From positions 21,469 to 53,468 of the forward strand of contig URJJ01000012.1 of NCBI GenBank assembly GCA_900548185.1: 32,000 nt of DNA, written 5' to 3'. Origin of the DNA: an uncultured Opitutales bacterium (lineage in GTDB: Bacteria > Verrucomicrobiota > Verrucomicrobiia > Opitutales > Intestinicryptomonadaceae). The notes under the pieces are model-generated. The model saw only the letters and a list, made by a program, of their open reading frames with translations. It had not been told where the DNA came from and searched no databases. Below, one piece after another: positions 16,536-25,485 of the stretch. The translations under genes and the position numbers were made by a program. Every line of letters begins with the position of its first letter. The first letter of the stretch is position 1.

Positions 16536-17810
16536 ATGGAGGGGGATTTTGAAAGGATTGCGGCCGGGCTTGCCGGGGGCGCGGAAGTCGCGCTCTGGGG
16601 GGCGGGCGTAAGCACCGCAGCAGCCGCAAGGCTATTTGCAAAATTCGGCGTTTCCTGCCGGACATATTCCGACGCCCCGGGCGGCGAACCGTTCGACGCC
16701 TCCGCCGCCGGCAGGCACAGGCTGGCGGTTTACTCCCCCGCATTCAGGCCCTCCCACCCCTTCTTCCGCGCGGCGGAGTCGGCGGGCGTGCGCACTATGG
16801 GCGAACCGGACCTCGCCGGGCTTTTCTGGCGGGGCAGGATAATAGCGGTAAGCGGCACAAACGGCAAGACGACGCTCACGTCGTTTCTCGCGCACGCCCT
16901 CAACTCCGCCGGAATCCCCGCAGTAGCGGCCGGAAACATCGGAACCCCGCTGTGCGAATTCGCCCCAGGCGGGGAGGGAGTGACGGCTGTATGCGAGCTA
17001 AGCTCGTTCCAGGGGATGCGCCTTGAAAGCCTGCGCCCCGACGCGTTTGCCTGGACGAATTTCGCGCCGGACCATCTCGACTGGCACGCGGACATGCGCG
17101 AATATTTCCTAGCAAAGCTCAACATCGCCCGCAGGATGCGCGGCCGCACGCTTGTGGCGGGCTCCGGGATAAGGGAGGCCGCCGAAGAATTCGGAGCCGC
17201 GCTGCCCGAATTTGCGGAATTTACAGAAGACGCGCAATACCCAGCCGCCCCCGCGCCGTTCGACAACTCCGTGCAGCGCGAAAACTTCGCCCTCGCCTCG
17301 GTCCTCTGGAGAAAGCTGGGCCTCGACGGGGAAATCCTCCTCCGGGCGGCGGAGGGCTTTTCGCTGCCCCCGCACCGCCTTGCAAAATGCGCACAGATAG
17401 GCGGTGTCTCCTTCTGGAACGATTCCAAGGCGACAAACGCGCACGCGGCCATAGCGGCCCTGCGCGAGCTAAAAACCCGCCGCCCGTTCTGGATAGGCGG
17501 GGGCAAGGACAAATTCTGCGACGACTCCGACCTGGTGCGCGCCGTCGCCGAATGCGCGCGCGGCGCGGCCCTCATAGGCCAGACCGCAGAGACTTTAAAG
17601 CCGAAGCTTCAGGGGCTTGAGCTGGGCGCGCACACGTGCCCGGACATGGCTGCGGCGGTGGAGCTTGCGTTTAAGAAATGCGGAGATTCCGGCGATATAC
17701 TCTTCAGCCCGGGGTACTCCAGTTTCGGGATGTTTAAAAGCTACGCCGACCGCGGAAAATCTTTTGAAGAGGCGGTTTTATGTTTGAAGAATAAAAAAAA
17801 CAGTAAATAG
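16536..17810 (+). CDS. murD: UDP-MurNAc-L-Ala:D-Glu ligase MurD, 424 aa
   Basis: The Mur ligase P-loop SGTNGKTT and WNDSKATN are present, and the gene follows mraY. Confidence 0.9.
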   Translation: MEGDFERIAAGLAGGAEVALWGAGVSTAAAARLFAKFGVSCRTYSDAPGGEPFDASAAGRHRLAVYSPAFRPSHPFFRAAESAGVRTMGEPDLAGLFWRGRIIAVSGTNGKTTLTSFLAHALNSAGIPAVAAGNIGTPLCEFAPGGEGVTAVCELSSFQGMRLESLRPDAFAWTNFAPDHLDWHADMREYFLAKLNIARRMRGRTLVAGSGIREAAEEFGAALPEFAEFTEDAQYPAAPAPFDNSVQRENFALASVLWRKLGLDGEILLRAAEGFSLPPHRLAKCAQIGGVSFWNDSKATNAHAAIAALRELKTRRPFWIGGGKDKFCDDSDLVRAVAECARGAALIGQTAETLKPKLQGLELGAHTCPDMAAAVELAFKKCGDSGDILFSPGYSSFGMFKSYADRGKSFEEAVLCLKNKKNSK

Positions 17811-17846
17811 TAGACGAAGTAAAATTTCTCAAAAAGGCATTATCGT

Positions 17847-18989
17847 ATGAAAGCTCCTATAACACTGGCGGTTCTCGCCCTGCACGCCGTAATTATAACG
17901 ACGATTCTGGTCCAGCCGGGATGCAATTCCGACAACAACGGCGCCTCCGAAATCAACCCCGAAATCACCAAGGCCGCGGCGACCGGCGAAGAGGTGGAGG
18001 CGGTTGTGGAAGACATGCCCCCCGAAGGCTCAGCCTCGCTCAGGGCGGCCCCGACGCGCCCCGCAGAAAAGCTCCCCGGCGCAAGCACCGGCGAAGTGGT
18101 AGTTACCGAAGAGATGGCCGAAACCGAGCTTATAGACCCAATTCCCCCGGCGGTTTCCACGATAAAGCCAAAACCCGCGCCCGCGCAGGAAGAGGCCGCC
18201 GAAATCCCCTCCCCCGCCCCCGCATCCGAATACGTTGTAAAAAGCGGCGACAACCCCTCAAAGATAGCCAAGGCCCACGGAATTTCCGCAGACGAGCTCA
18301 TGGCGGCAAACGGGCTGACCCGCAATTCGGTAATCCGCATCGGCCAAAAGCTCACAATCCCTGCGGCAGGCAGCGCGCCCGCCCCCGAATTTGCGCCCGC
18401 GCCGAAGCCCCAGGAGGAAGCCGCCTCAGGCCAGTCTGAAACGTCGGTTTACATTGTCCAGAAGGGCGATTCGCTCTCAAAAATCGCCGCCAAGCACGGC
18501 ACGTCCGTAAAGCGGCTCATGTCGCTCAACGGCCTCAAGAAAACCGGCATAAGGATAGGCCAGAAGCTCAAGGTTCCCGCAATCGGGCAGTCTGTCTCGC
18601 GCGCCCAGCAGCCCAAGGCCGCCGCAAACTTCGCGGGCAAGAAGACCCACACCATAGCAAGGGGCGAGACCCTGGGCGGCATCGCAAAGAGGTACGGCGT
18701 TTCCATCGCCTCCATCATGGACGCAAACGGCATAAAGGACCCCCGCAAAATAAGGGCCGGGCAGACGATAATTGTCGGAGAATCCGCAAAGGCCCCGGAA
18801 GTCCAGCCCACCGTCCAGCCGCAGCCCAAGCCGACTGCGGCTCCGGAAGCCCAGTCGCCCGTGAAAATCCAGGCGGACCAGCCGGCGGCCCCCGCCCCGC
18901 TCCAGGTTCCGGCGCAGCCGGCCATACCCCAGGATGCGGTCAATACGCTGCCCCAGGCCAACGACCTCCCCGAAATTCAGGAAATATAA
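17847..18989 (+). CDS. Exported (possibly lipoprotein) peptidoglycan-binding protein with three LysM domains, 380 aa
   Basis: The N-terminal hydrophobic segment ends ...ILVQPGC (Cys26), which is a lipobox-like but non-canonical site. Three LysM repeats lie at about nt 18231-18362 (YVVKSGDNPSKIAKAHGIS...GQKLTIP), 18450-18581 (YIVQKGDSLSKIAAKHGTS...GQKLKVP) and 18648-18779 (HTIARGETLGGIAKRYGVS...GQTIIV). They are separated by Pro/Ala/Glu-rich linkers. No catalytic domain was recognised. Confidence 0.85.
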   Translation: MKAPITLAVLALHAVIITTILVQPGCNSDNNGASEINPEITKAAATGEEVEAVVEDMPPEGSASLRAAPTRPAEKLPGASTGEVVVTEEMAETELIDPIPPAVSTIKPKPAPAQEEAAEIPSPAPASEYVVKSGDNPSKIAKAHGISADELMAANGLTRNSVIRIGQKLTIPAAGSAPAPEFAPAPKPQEEAASGQSETSVYIVQKGDSLSKIAAKHGTSVKRLMSLNGLKKTGIRIGQKLKVPAIGQSVSRAQQPKAAANFAGKKTHTIARGETLGGIAKRYGVSIASIMDANGIKDPRKIRAGQTIIVGESAKAPEVQPTVQPQPKPTAAPEAQSPVKIQADQPAAPAPLQVPAQPAIPQDAVNTLPQANDLPEIQEI

Positions 18990-19004
18990 CGGCGCCGACG
19001 CGAA

Positions 19005-20144
19005 ATGCCGCAGATAGGCGCCAAGAATGCAGGACGGCAGAAGGCGGGCTTGTGGCTTGCCATATTTCTGCCGGTCCTTTTTTTGTCGGGACTCGGAATC
19101 ATAACGCTCATGAGCGCGGGCGCGATAAAAAGCGACCCCATGCTGCTTGTCCGCAAACAGTGCGTATGGATGGCCGCAGCTCTGGCGTGTGCGGCCGTGG
19201 CGGCCTTCATAAGGCTCGACTGGCTTAAAAGGGCCGCCCTGCCCCTTGCGGCCTTGGCTTTCATACTGCTTGTTCTGGTGTTCGTCCCGGGCGTCGGCAA
19301 GACCGTAAAGGGCTCGACGCGCTGGATAGAGGTGGGCTCCTTCGTGTTCCAGCCGAGCGACGTGGCTAAAGTGTCCCTCGTGATATGGGTCTCCGCATAC
19401 CTGCAAAAGTTTCAAACGGGCATAAAGACTTTCTGGAAGGGGGCGGCCCTGCCGTTTGCGCTGGTTGCGCTGTTTGTGGCCCCAATATTGAAGGAGCCCG
19501 ACTTCGGCACGAGCGCCCTATGCTTTGCGGTCGCCTTCGCAATGATGCTGACAGCCGGCGTGAAAATTTCCCACATGGCCCCGTTTGCGGCCATGGGTGC
19601 TGCGGGCATCGGGGTGCTCGTCTGGCTAAACCCCAACCGGCTCACGAGGCTTTTTTCGTACCTCAACCGCGAAAAGGAGGCGCTGGACGGCGGCTACCAG
19701 CTCACGCAGGCGATATACGCCTTCGGCTCCGGGGGAACGACGGGCGTCGGCCTTGGGCAGGGCAGGCAGCAGTACGCATTCCTGCCCGAAGCCCACACCG
19801 ACTTCATATTCGCCAACATCGGCGAGGAGTACGGCCTTGTGGGGACGCTCATCGTGCTCGCCGCCTTTTTCGTCCTCTTCTGGGGGTCCGCTGCAGCGCT
19901 GAGAAAGGCTCCGAACCTGTTTGAGTTTTCGCTCGGGGTCGGCGCGATGCTCATGATAATCGTGCAGGCCCTGTTCAACATGTGCGTCGTAATCGGGCTG
20001 ATGCCGACAAAGGGAATATCGCTCCCGTTCATAAGCTACGGCGGCTCGAACCTCGTCGTCATGTTCTTTTTCACGGGCATCCTCATAAACTGCGCCCGAA
20101 GATGGAGCGCGCCGAAAGTGATAAGGGCCACCGACTATGAGTAA
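19005..20144 (+). CDS. ftsW: SEDS-family peptidoglycan glycosyltransferase FtsW, 379 aa
   Basis: This is a polytopic membrane protein with FtsW/RodA motifs (QPSD.AK, EPDFGT, LPEAHTDFIFA..GEE.G, KGISLPFISYGGS). It sits between murD and murG. Confidence 0.9.
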   Translation: MPQIGAKNAGRQKAGLWLAIFLPVLFLSGLGIITLMSAGAIKSDPMLLVRKQCVWMAAALACAAVAAFIRLDWLKRAALPLAALAFILLVLVFVPGVGKTVKGSTRWIEVGSFVFQPSDVAKVSLVIWVSAYLQKFQTGIKTFWKGAALPFALVALFVAPILKEPDFGTSALCFAVAFAMMLTAGVKISHMAPFAAMGAAGIGVLVWLNPNRLTRLFSYLNREKEALDGGYQLTQAIYAFGSGGTTGVGLGQGRQQYAFLPEAHTDFIFANIGEEYGLVGTLIVLAAFFVLFWGSAAALRKAPNLFEFSLGVGAMLMIIVQALFNMCVVIGLMPTKGISLPFISYGGSNLVVMFFFTGILINCARRWSAPKVIRATDYE

Positions 20145-21237
20145 GTTTCTGATTTCCTGCGGGGGGACGGGCGGCCACATGGCGCCGGGAATAGCCGTCG
20201 GCGAGGCGCTCGCAAAAAACGGGCACTCCGTGACGTTTGTCATAAGCCGCAAGGCGGTTGACTCGCGGCTCTCCGAAAAGTACGCCGGGTTCAGGTTTGA
20301 AAAGGTCCCGGGATGCGGGTTTTCGCTTTCCCCGAAAAAGCTGGCGCGCTTTGCAGTCGAGCAGCGCGGCGCGGTGAGGGCCTGCCGCAGGCTCATAGAA
20401 AGCGAGGGGGCGGACGCGGCGATAGCCTTCGGGGGGTTCAACTCGTTCGGCCTGGCGGTCGCCGCAATACTTTCAAAGACGCCGCTTATATTGCACGAGG
20501 CAAACCGGAAGCCCGGCAAGGCCGTGCGGTTTTTCGGCAGGTTCGCGGCAAGGGTTTACGTGCCCCACGGCGTAAAGATGCGGGACGGGGCGCAGGGTGC
20601 GGTGCGCCAGGCGGGCTACCCGATAAGGGACGAGATAAGGCGGATGCCGCGTGATGAATCGCTCAGGCATTTCGGATTCGGCCCGGGGGCAAACCCAGTG
20701 CTCGTGTGCGGGGGCTCCCAGGGCGCGGCCGCGCTCAACGAATGGGCTTTTGAGAACTTTTCCGCCCTGGCCGCCATGGGCCTCGACGTCCTCTGCATAA
20801 CAGGCCCCGGCAAGTCCGCCGCAGCCCCGGCCCCCGTTGCCGACAAAAACGGGGTCTTGCGGGAGTTCAGGCAGGTGGAATTCTGCGACAGGATGGAGCT
20901 AGCGATGTCGTCTGCCGAGATGGTCGTGGCGCGCGCCGGGGCGGGCTCTATTGCGGAGTTTGCGAGGTGCTCAACCATCCCCCTGCTGGTGCCGCTGCCG
21001 ACTTCGGCCGACGACCACCAGACGGAAAACGCTCGCCATGTCGAAAAAAACGGCGCCGGAATATGCGTGCGCCAGTCGGAAATTTCAACTCTCCTCGGAG
21101 AGGTGGAGGAGCTCGCCTCAAACCCCGGCCTCCGCGCCAAAATGCGCGCGAACCTTGAGAGGCTCGACGAGCTCAACTCCTCCTCCCACATGATATCCGA
21201 CATTGAGGCCATAGCCGCCTCGGGAAGGACCGAATGA
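20137..21237 (+). CDS. murG: UDP-GlcNAc:lipid I N-acetylglucosaminyltransferase MurG, 366 aa
   Basis: The G-loop GGTGGHMAPG is present, along with GGSQGA and a C-terminal ..HQ.ENA.. motif. It overlaps the ftsW stop by 8 nt. Confidence 0.92.
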   Translation: MSKFLISCGGTGGHMAPGIAVGEALAKNGHSVTFVISRKAVDSRLSEKYAGFRFEKVPGCGFSLSPKKLARFAVEQRGAVRACRRLIESEGADAAIAFGGFNSFGLAVAAILSKTPLILHEANRKPGKAVRFFGRFAARVYVPHGVKMRDGAQGAVRQAGYPIRDEIRRMPRDESLRHFGFGPGANPVLVCGGSQGAAALNEWAFENFSALAAMGLDVLCITGPGKSAAAPAPVADKNGVLREFRQVEFCDRMELAMSSAEMVVARAGAGSIAEFARCSTIPLLVPLPTSADDHQTENARHVEKNGAGICVRQSEISTLLGEVEELASNPGLRAKMRANLERLDELNSSSHMISDIEAIAASGRTE

Positions 21238-22469
21238 AAAGGGGAGTTTTCATGGGGGGCGTATGCGGGATGGGCATGTGCCCGCTTGCGATGTTTCTGA
21301 GCGCCGACGGCTGCGACGTTTCGGGGTTCGACGACTCCCCGAACCCGCTTGTGGAGGACATGCTGAGAGCTTCCGGGGTTGGAATTTCAAGGTCGCGCAT
21401 CCCCCCCGCCGGATGCGGGGAGTTCATAATATCAAGCGCGCTCAAGCATTCCGAAGAGGCCCTAAGGGGGGGGTTTAGCGGAACGTTTTCGAGGCGCGGC
21501 GAAGCCCTTGCGAAAATAGCGGCCTCAAGGCGGCTCATAGGAATCTGCGGAAGCCACGGAAAGACGACGACGACCTCCCTCATCGCGCACGCGGTGAACT
21601 CCATGGGCTTCGGCGCAGGCTACATGGCGGGCGCGCTTCCCGTCGGATTCCCACCCGCGAGGCACTGCCCCGAGGGGGCCTTCTTCGCGGCGGAGCTGGA
21701 CGAGAGCGACGGAACCATAGAGAACTTTTCCCCGGAAATAACCGTGGCCCTGAACGGCGACCTCGACCATACCGACACCTATCCGGACGCCTCCGCCCTG
21801 GAGGGGATGTTTGAGCGGCTGTTTTCAAGGACTAAAAAATACGTTGTCATCCCCGAGGGCGACGAAATGCTCGCCAGGGCCTCTTCAAAATCCCGGGCGC
21901 AAACTGTCGAAGTCCGCGTCCCCCCCTGCGACTTCATCCAGTACGACAAGCTGATGGCCCTCGCGGCGGTAAACCTCGCCTTCGGCCCGGGTTTCGGGAC
22001 GGAGATATTCGACGGCTTCAAGGGGGTGGCGCGCAGGCAGGAAGTGCTATGCGCAAGCCCGGAGCTATTTGCAATCGCAGACTACGCCCACCACCCGCGC
22101 GAAGTGCGCTCGTTTTTAAGCTGGCTAGACGGCGTCCGCCCCGGGCGCAAGCTGATATTCTTCCAGCCCCACCGCTACACCCGCACAAAGCGGTTCGGCG
22201 CGGACTTCAGGCGCCTCTTCGAGGAGCGGGCAGCCGCCGGCGACGATGTCAGGATTCTGCCTGTGTACGCGGCGAGCGAGCCGTTCGACCCGTCGGGCGG
22301 GGCCGCCAACATAGCCTCCCCCTCGGTTCCGCTCGCGCAGGCGGGCGAGATGCGCACAATCCTGGAGGAATTCAGGCGCTCAACTTCCGGATGCGCCTGC
22401 GCGGCATTCGTCGGCGCGGGCGACGTATATTTTGAAGCAAAGAAGATTTTCAGCCATGAAGAAGTTTAA
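21234..22469 (+). CDS. murC: UDP-MurNAc:L-alanine ligase MurC, 411 aa
   Basis: The P-loop GSHGKTTTTS and DYAHHP.E are present. Its start overlaps the murG stop (ATGA). It is somewhat shorter than typical MurC, and its N-terminal glycine-rich loop is divergent (GGVCGMGM). Confidence 0.85.
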   Translation: MKRGVFMGGVCGMGMCPLAMFLSADGCDVSGFDDSPNPLVEDMLRASGVGISRSRIPPAGCGEFIISSALKHSEEALRGGFSGTFSRRGEALAKIAASRRLIGICGSHGKTTTTSLIAHAVNSMGFGAGYMAGALPVGFPPARHCPEGAFFAAELDESDGTIENFSPEITVALNGDLDHTDTYPDASALEGMFERLFSRTKKYVVIPEGDEMLARASSKSRAQTVEVRVPPCDFIQYDKLMALAAVNLAFGPGFGTEIFDGFKGVARRQEVLCASPELFAIADYAHHPREVRSFLSWLDGVRPGRKLIFFQPHRYTRTKRFGADFRRLFEERAAAGDDVRILPVYAASEPFDPSGGAANIASPSVPLAQAGEMRTILEEFRRSTSGCACAAFVGAGDVYFEAKKIFSHEEV

Positions 22470-23376
22470 GGTAGCCGTCCTATCGGGCGGGATTTCATCG
22501 GAGAGGGACGTGTCGCTCGTAAGCGGCGCGCACATTTTGGCGTCCCTTTCAAAAAAGTTCGACGCACGCGGGTTCGAGCTTGAAAAAAACGAGCTGCCGG
22601 CGGGCATCTCCCCAGACGAATGGGTGGTCTTCCCCGCCATGCACGGCGAATACGGGGAGGACGGAACGCTCCAGGCCGAGCTTGAATCTGCCGGCTTCTC
22701 ATACGCCGGAAGCCCCTCCCTTTCAAGCCGCGCATGCATGTCAAAGCCGGCGGCAAAAGCCCTCATGATGCGGGCGGGCGTGCCCGTTGCGCGCGGATTC
22801 GCCTTCCCGGCGGCAAGGCCACCCTCATACGCAGAAGCCTCAGCCCTGCTGGGGGAAAAGATGGTGCTAAAGCCCGCAGACAAGGGCAGCAGCGTCGGCC
22901 TTGAAATCATAGCCTCGGCTGAAGCCGGGGACGCGGCCCTCGGCGCGCTCGGGGACGGCACATGGATGCTGGAGGAATTTTTCAGGGGGAGGGAGTTCTC
23001 CGTCGGAATCCTCTACGGAAAGGCTGCGGGCGTGGTCGAAATCATCCCGGAAGGCGGTGTGTACGACTTCAGACGCAAATACACGGCGGGCTCCACGCGC
23101 TACGAATTCCCGGCCTCCATACCACTTGAAAAGTCCGGAGAAATCCGGCGCGCGGCCGAGGCGGCCTTCGCAGCCTGCGGCTGCCGGGACTTCGCGAGGG
23201 CCGACTTCCTCATGGCGCCCTCCGGGGATTTCATATGCCTTGAAATAAACACGCTCCCGGGCATGACGCCGACCAGCCTGCTCCCGAAAAGCGCGTCGTG
23301 TTCGGGGTTGGGTTTCGACGAATTGTGCGCGGCGATGCTCGAGGGCGCCGCAAAACGCTTTGGGGAAAGGGCCTGA
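22456..23376 (+). CDS. ddl: D-alanine--D-alanine ligase Ddl, 306 aa
   Basis: The N-terminus KVAVLSGGISSERDVSLVSG is typical, and the protein contains HG..GEDG..Q, the ATP-grasp body and EINT.PGMT. ATG 22456 is preferred to the upstream ATG 22432 because it gives the canonical Ddl N-terminus. The gene overlaps murC by 14 nt. Confidence 0.9.
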   Translation: MKKFKVAVLSGGISSERDVSLVSGAHILASLSKKFDARGFELEKNELPAGISPDEWVVFPAMHGEYGEDGTLQAELESAGFSYAGSPSLSSRACMSKPAAKALMMRAGVPVARGFAFPAARPPSYAEASALLGEKMVLKPADKGSSVGLEIIASAEAGDAALGALGDGTWMLEEFFRGREFSVGILYGKAAGVVEIIPEGGVYDFRRKYTAGSTRYEFPASIPLEKSGEIRRAAEAAFAACGCRDFARADFLMAPSGDFICLEINTLPGMTPTSLLPKSASCSGLGFDELCAAMLEGAAKRFGERA

Positions 23377-23386
23377 CGGGAAACGC

Positions 23387-24271
23387 ATGTCCGGAGGCAG
23401 GAAGTCGAAGACCTGGAGGGACTTGAAGTCGGCGAAAAAGCCCGCCGCCACGGTCTCCTGGCGCGCCCGTCTCAGGTTTGCGGCCAAGGTGTTCAACAGG
23501 CTGTTCGCGCTGGCGGCAGCAGCCGGGGCCGGCTACCTGGCCTGGCGCGTGTACGACGATGGCCTGGTTGAGAAGGCCCTCGCCCCGGCAACCGAAGACC
23601 TGAGGCTCATCGAGTACAAGACGGACGGGACCATAACAAAGTCGTGGCTCGCCGCGCGCGGCCTCTTTCCGCGCATACAGAACCTGGCGGAAATCGACAT
23701 CATAGCCCTGAGGGAAAAGTTTGAAAAAGTCGGCCAGATTCGGAAGGCTGAAATCACAAAAATCTACCCGGACAAGATAAGGATAGAGGTTTCCGAATAC
23801 GTCCCGGCCGCCCGGGTCGCCATTGCTCGCGGCAGGGTTCTCAAGGAATACGCGCTGTCGCGGGAGGGCGTGTTTTTTGAAAGCGTATGCATACCGCGCG
23901 AGAGCCTGATGGAGCTGCCCTGGGTGATAGGCGTGCCGATAGTGGAAATCGGCGGCGAGATAGCCCCCTACTCCTACGCGTTCAAAATAGACGAGCTGGT
24001 TAAGGCCGCGCGCGAGGCGCTGCCCGAACACTACAAAACCTGGCGCACCGTGAACGTGCGCGAGCTCGGCAGCGCGACCCTTCCGATAATGCTTGTCACG
24101 ACCTCGGAAAACATGAAGATACTCTTTTCAGCGCACGCACTGGAAGCGCAGCTCGAAAAGCTCGAATACGTGCTCAAGTACATGCGGGAAAACGGGATTG
24201 ACAACATTGAAAAAATCGACCTTTCACTATCGCGCAAGGCGGTAGCTTCTCCGCGCGAATCCTCGAAATGA
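23387..24271 (+). CDS. ftsQ: Cell division protein FtsQ (POTRA domain), 294 aa
   Basis: A basic cytoplasmic N-terminus and a single TM segment (LFALAAAAGAGYLAW) are followed by a POTRA-like region (...I..IYPD.IRIEVSEY.P.A). It sits between ddl and ftsA. ATG 23387 is preferred to the TTG at 23360, which would overlap ddl. Confidence 0.8.
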   Translation: MSGGRKSKTWRDLKSAKKPAATVSWRARLRFAAKVFNRLFALAAAAGAGYLAWRVYDDGLVEKALAPATEDLRLIEYKTDGTITKSWLAARGLFPRIQNLAEIDIIALREKFEKVGQIRKAEITKIYPDKIRIEVSEYVPAARVAIARGRVLKEYALSREGVFFESVCIPRESLMELPWVIGVPIVEIGGEIAPYSYAFKIDELVKAAREALPEHYKTWRTVNVRELGSATLPIMLVTTSENMKILFSAHALEAQLEKLEYVLKYMRENGIDNIEKIDLSLSRKAVASPRESSK

Positions 24272-25485
24272 ACGAAAACCTCATAACCCTGGCCCTGGAA
24301 ACGGGAACCTCCAAGATGGCGGCCCTGATGGGCGAAATCGTGGACGGCGGCGTCAACGTGCTGAGCCTCGGCAGGAGCACTTCCATCGGAGTGCGCAAGG
24401 GGGACATTGCAGACCCCTCCCGCGCGGCGGGGCTAGCCCAGGCTGCCATAGCAAACGCCGAAAAGCGGATTTCGGCAAGCGGCGCCGCGTCGGTTTACAT
24501 GTCGCTTAGCGGCTCCCACATACGGGGCCTCAGGAGCGTCGGCAGCGCCAACGTGAGCGGGGCCGACGGCGTCGTCCGCCGGGAGGACGTCGAGAGGGCA
24601 AAGAACGACGCCAAGAGCAAGTCAATCCCCGACGGCAGGCTCTTTATAAACACCTTCTGCTGCGGATACTACCTGGACGGCGAACCTTGCGACGACCCCG
24701 TTGGCAAGGCCGGGAACCTGCTTGAGGCGGAGTACTGGCTCCTGCACGGCGACGGCGAAAAGATTCTAACCCAAATAAGCATCGTCGAGAGCTTCGGCAT
24801 GGATGTCGCGGAACTCGTTCACTCGGGCGTCGCCTCCGCCCTGGCCTCGACAACCCCGCAGAGGCGCAAAAAGGGGGTGCTCGTTGTTGACATGGGAAGC
24901 GGCACGACCGACTACGCCCTGTACCGAAACGGCAGGGCAGTCCAGGTGGGCACCATACCCGTGGGCGGCGACCACGTCACAAACGACATATCCCTCGGCC
25001 TCCACGTCAGCATAAAAAACGCGAACAAGCTCAACCTCAAATACGGCAAGATAATACTCACCGAAGAGGAGCGCCGCTGCGAGATATGGCTTAACGGCGA
25101 CAAGAGCATAGGCGACAACGTGTTCGTTTACGGATCGCTCAACAAAATAATATGCGCGCGATTCGAGGAAATTTTCACGATTTTAAGAAAGGAGCTGGCG
25201 CGCTATTTTGCGGACTCTCAGGTGCCCGCAGTCGTGCTCACAGGCGGCCTTTCAAAAACCAGGGGCATAGAGGCCGTGGCGGAAGCCGTGCTGGGCGTTC
25301 CCTGCGAGCCTGCGGTGTTCCCCGAATGGGTGAAGCCCGCCCTATGCCACCCCGAGTACGCAACCGCCCTCGGGCTTCTGGCCCGGGCGAGCGAGGATGC
25401 AGCGAAGGCCCCCGTAAAAAGCCGGGGCTTTCTGACGGGAATAACAAAGATGTTCGCAAGGAGGAGGCAAAATGGCGTCTCCTGA
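24268..25485 (+). CDS. ftsA: Cell division protein FtsA, 405 aa
   Basis: The protein has an actin-like ATPase fold pattern (LALETGTSK, VVDMGSGTTDYAL, GGD..T.DI, VLTGG) and a C-terminal amphipathic membrane-targeting helix (GFLTGITKMFARR). Its start overlaps the ftsQ stop (ATGA). Confidence 0.9.
   Translation: MNENLITLALETGTSKMAALMGEIVDGGVNVLSLGRSTSIGVRKGDIADPSRAAGLAQAAIANAEKRISASGAASVYMSLSGSHIRGLRSVGSANVSGADGVVRREDVERAKNDAKSKSIPDGRLFINTFCCGYYLDGEPCDDPVGKAGNLLEAEYWLLHGDGEKILTQISIVESFGMDVAELVHSGVASALASTTPQRRKKGVLVVDMGSGTTDYALYRNGRAVQVGTIPVGGDHVTNDISLGLHVSIKNANKLNLKYGKIILTEEERRCEIWLNGDKSIGDNVFVYGSLNKIICARFEEIFTILRKELARYFADSQVPAVVLTGGLSKTRGIEAVAEAVLGVPCEPAVFPEWVKPALCHPEYATALGLLARASEDAAKAPVKSRGFLTGITKMFARRRQNGVS

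Noticed and set aside
22432-23386. Upstream alternative starts for ddl (ATG 22432) and ftsQ (TTG 23360).
   Set aside because: The downstream ATGs (22456, 23387) give canonical N-termini (MKKFKVAVLSGG for Ddl) and shorter, more typical overlaps. The longer forms cannot be excluded without experimental data.
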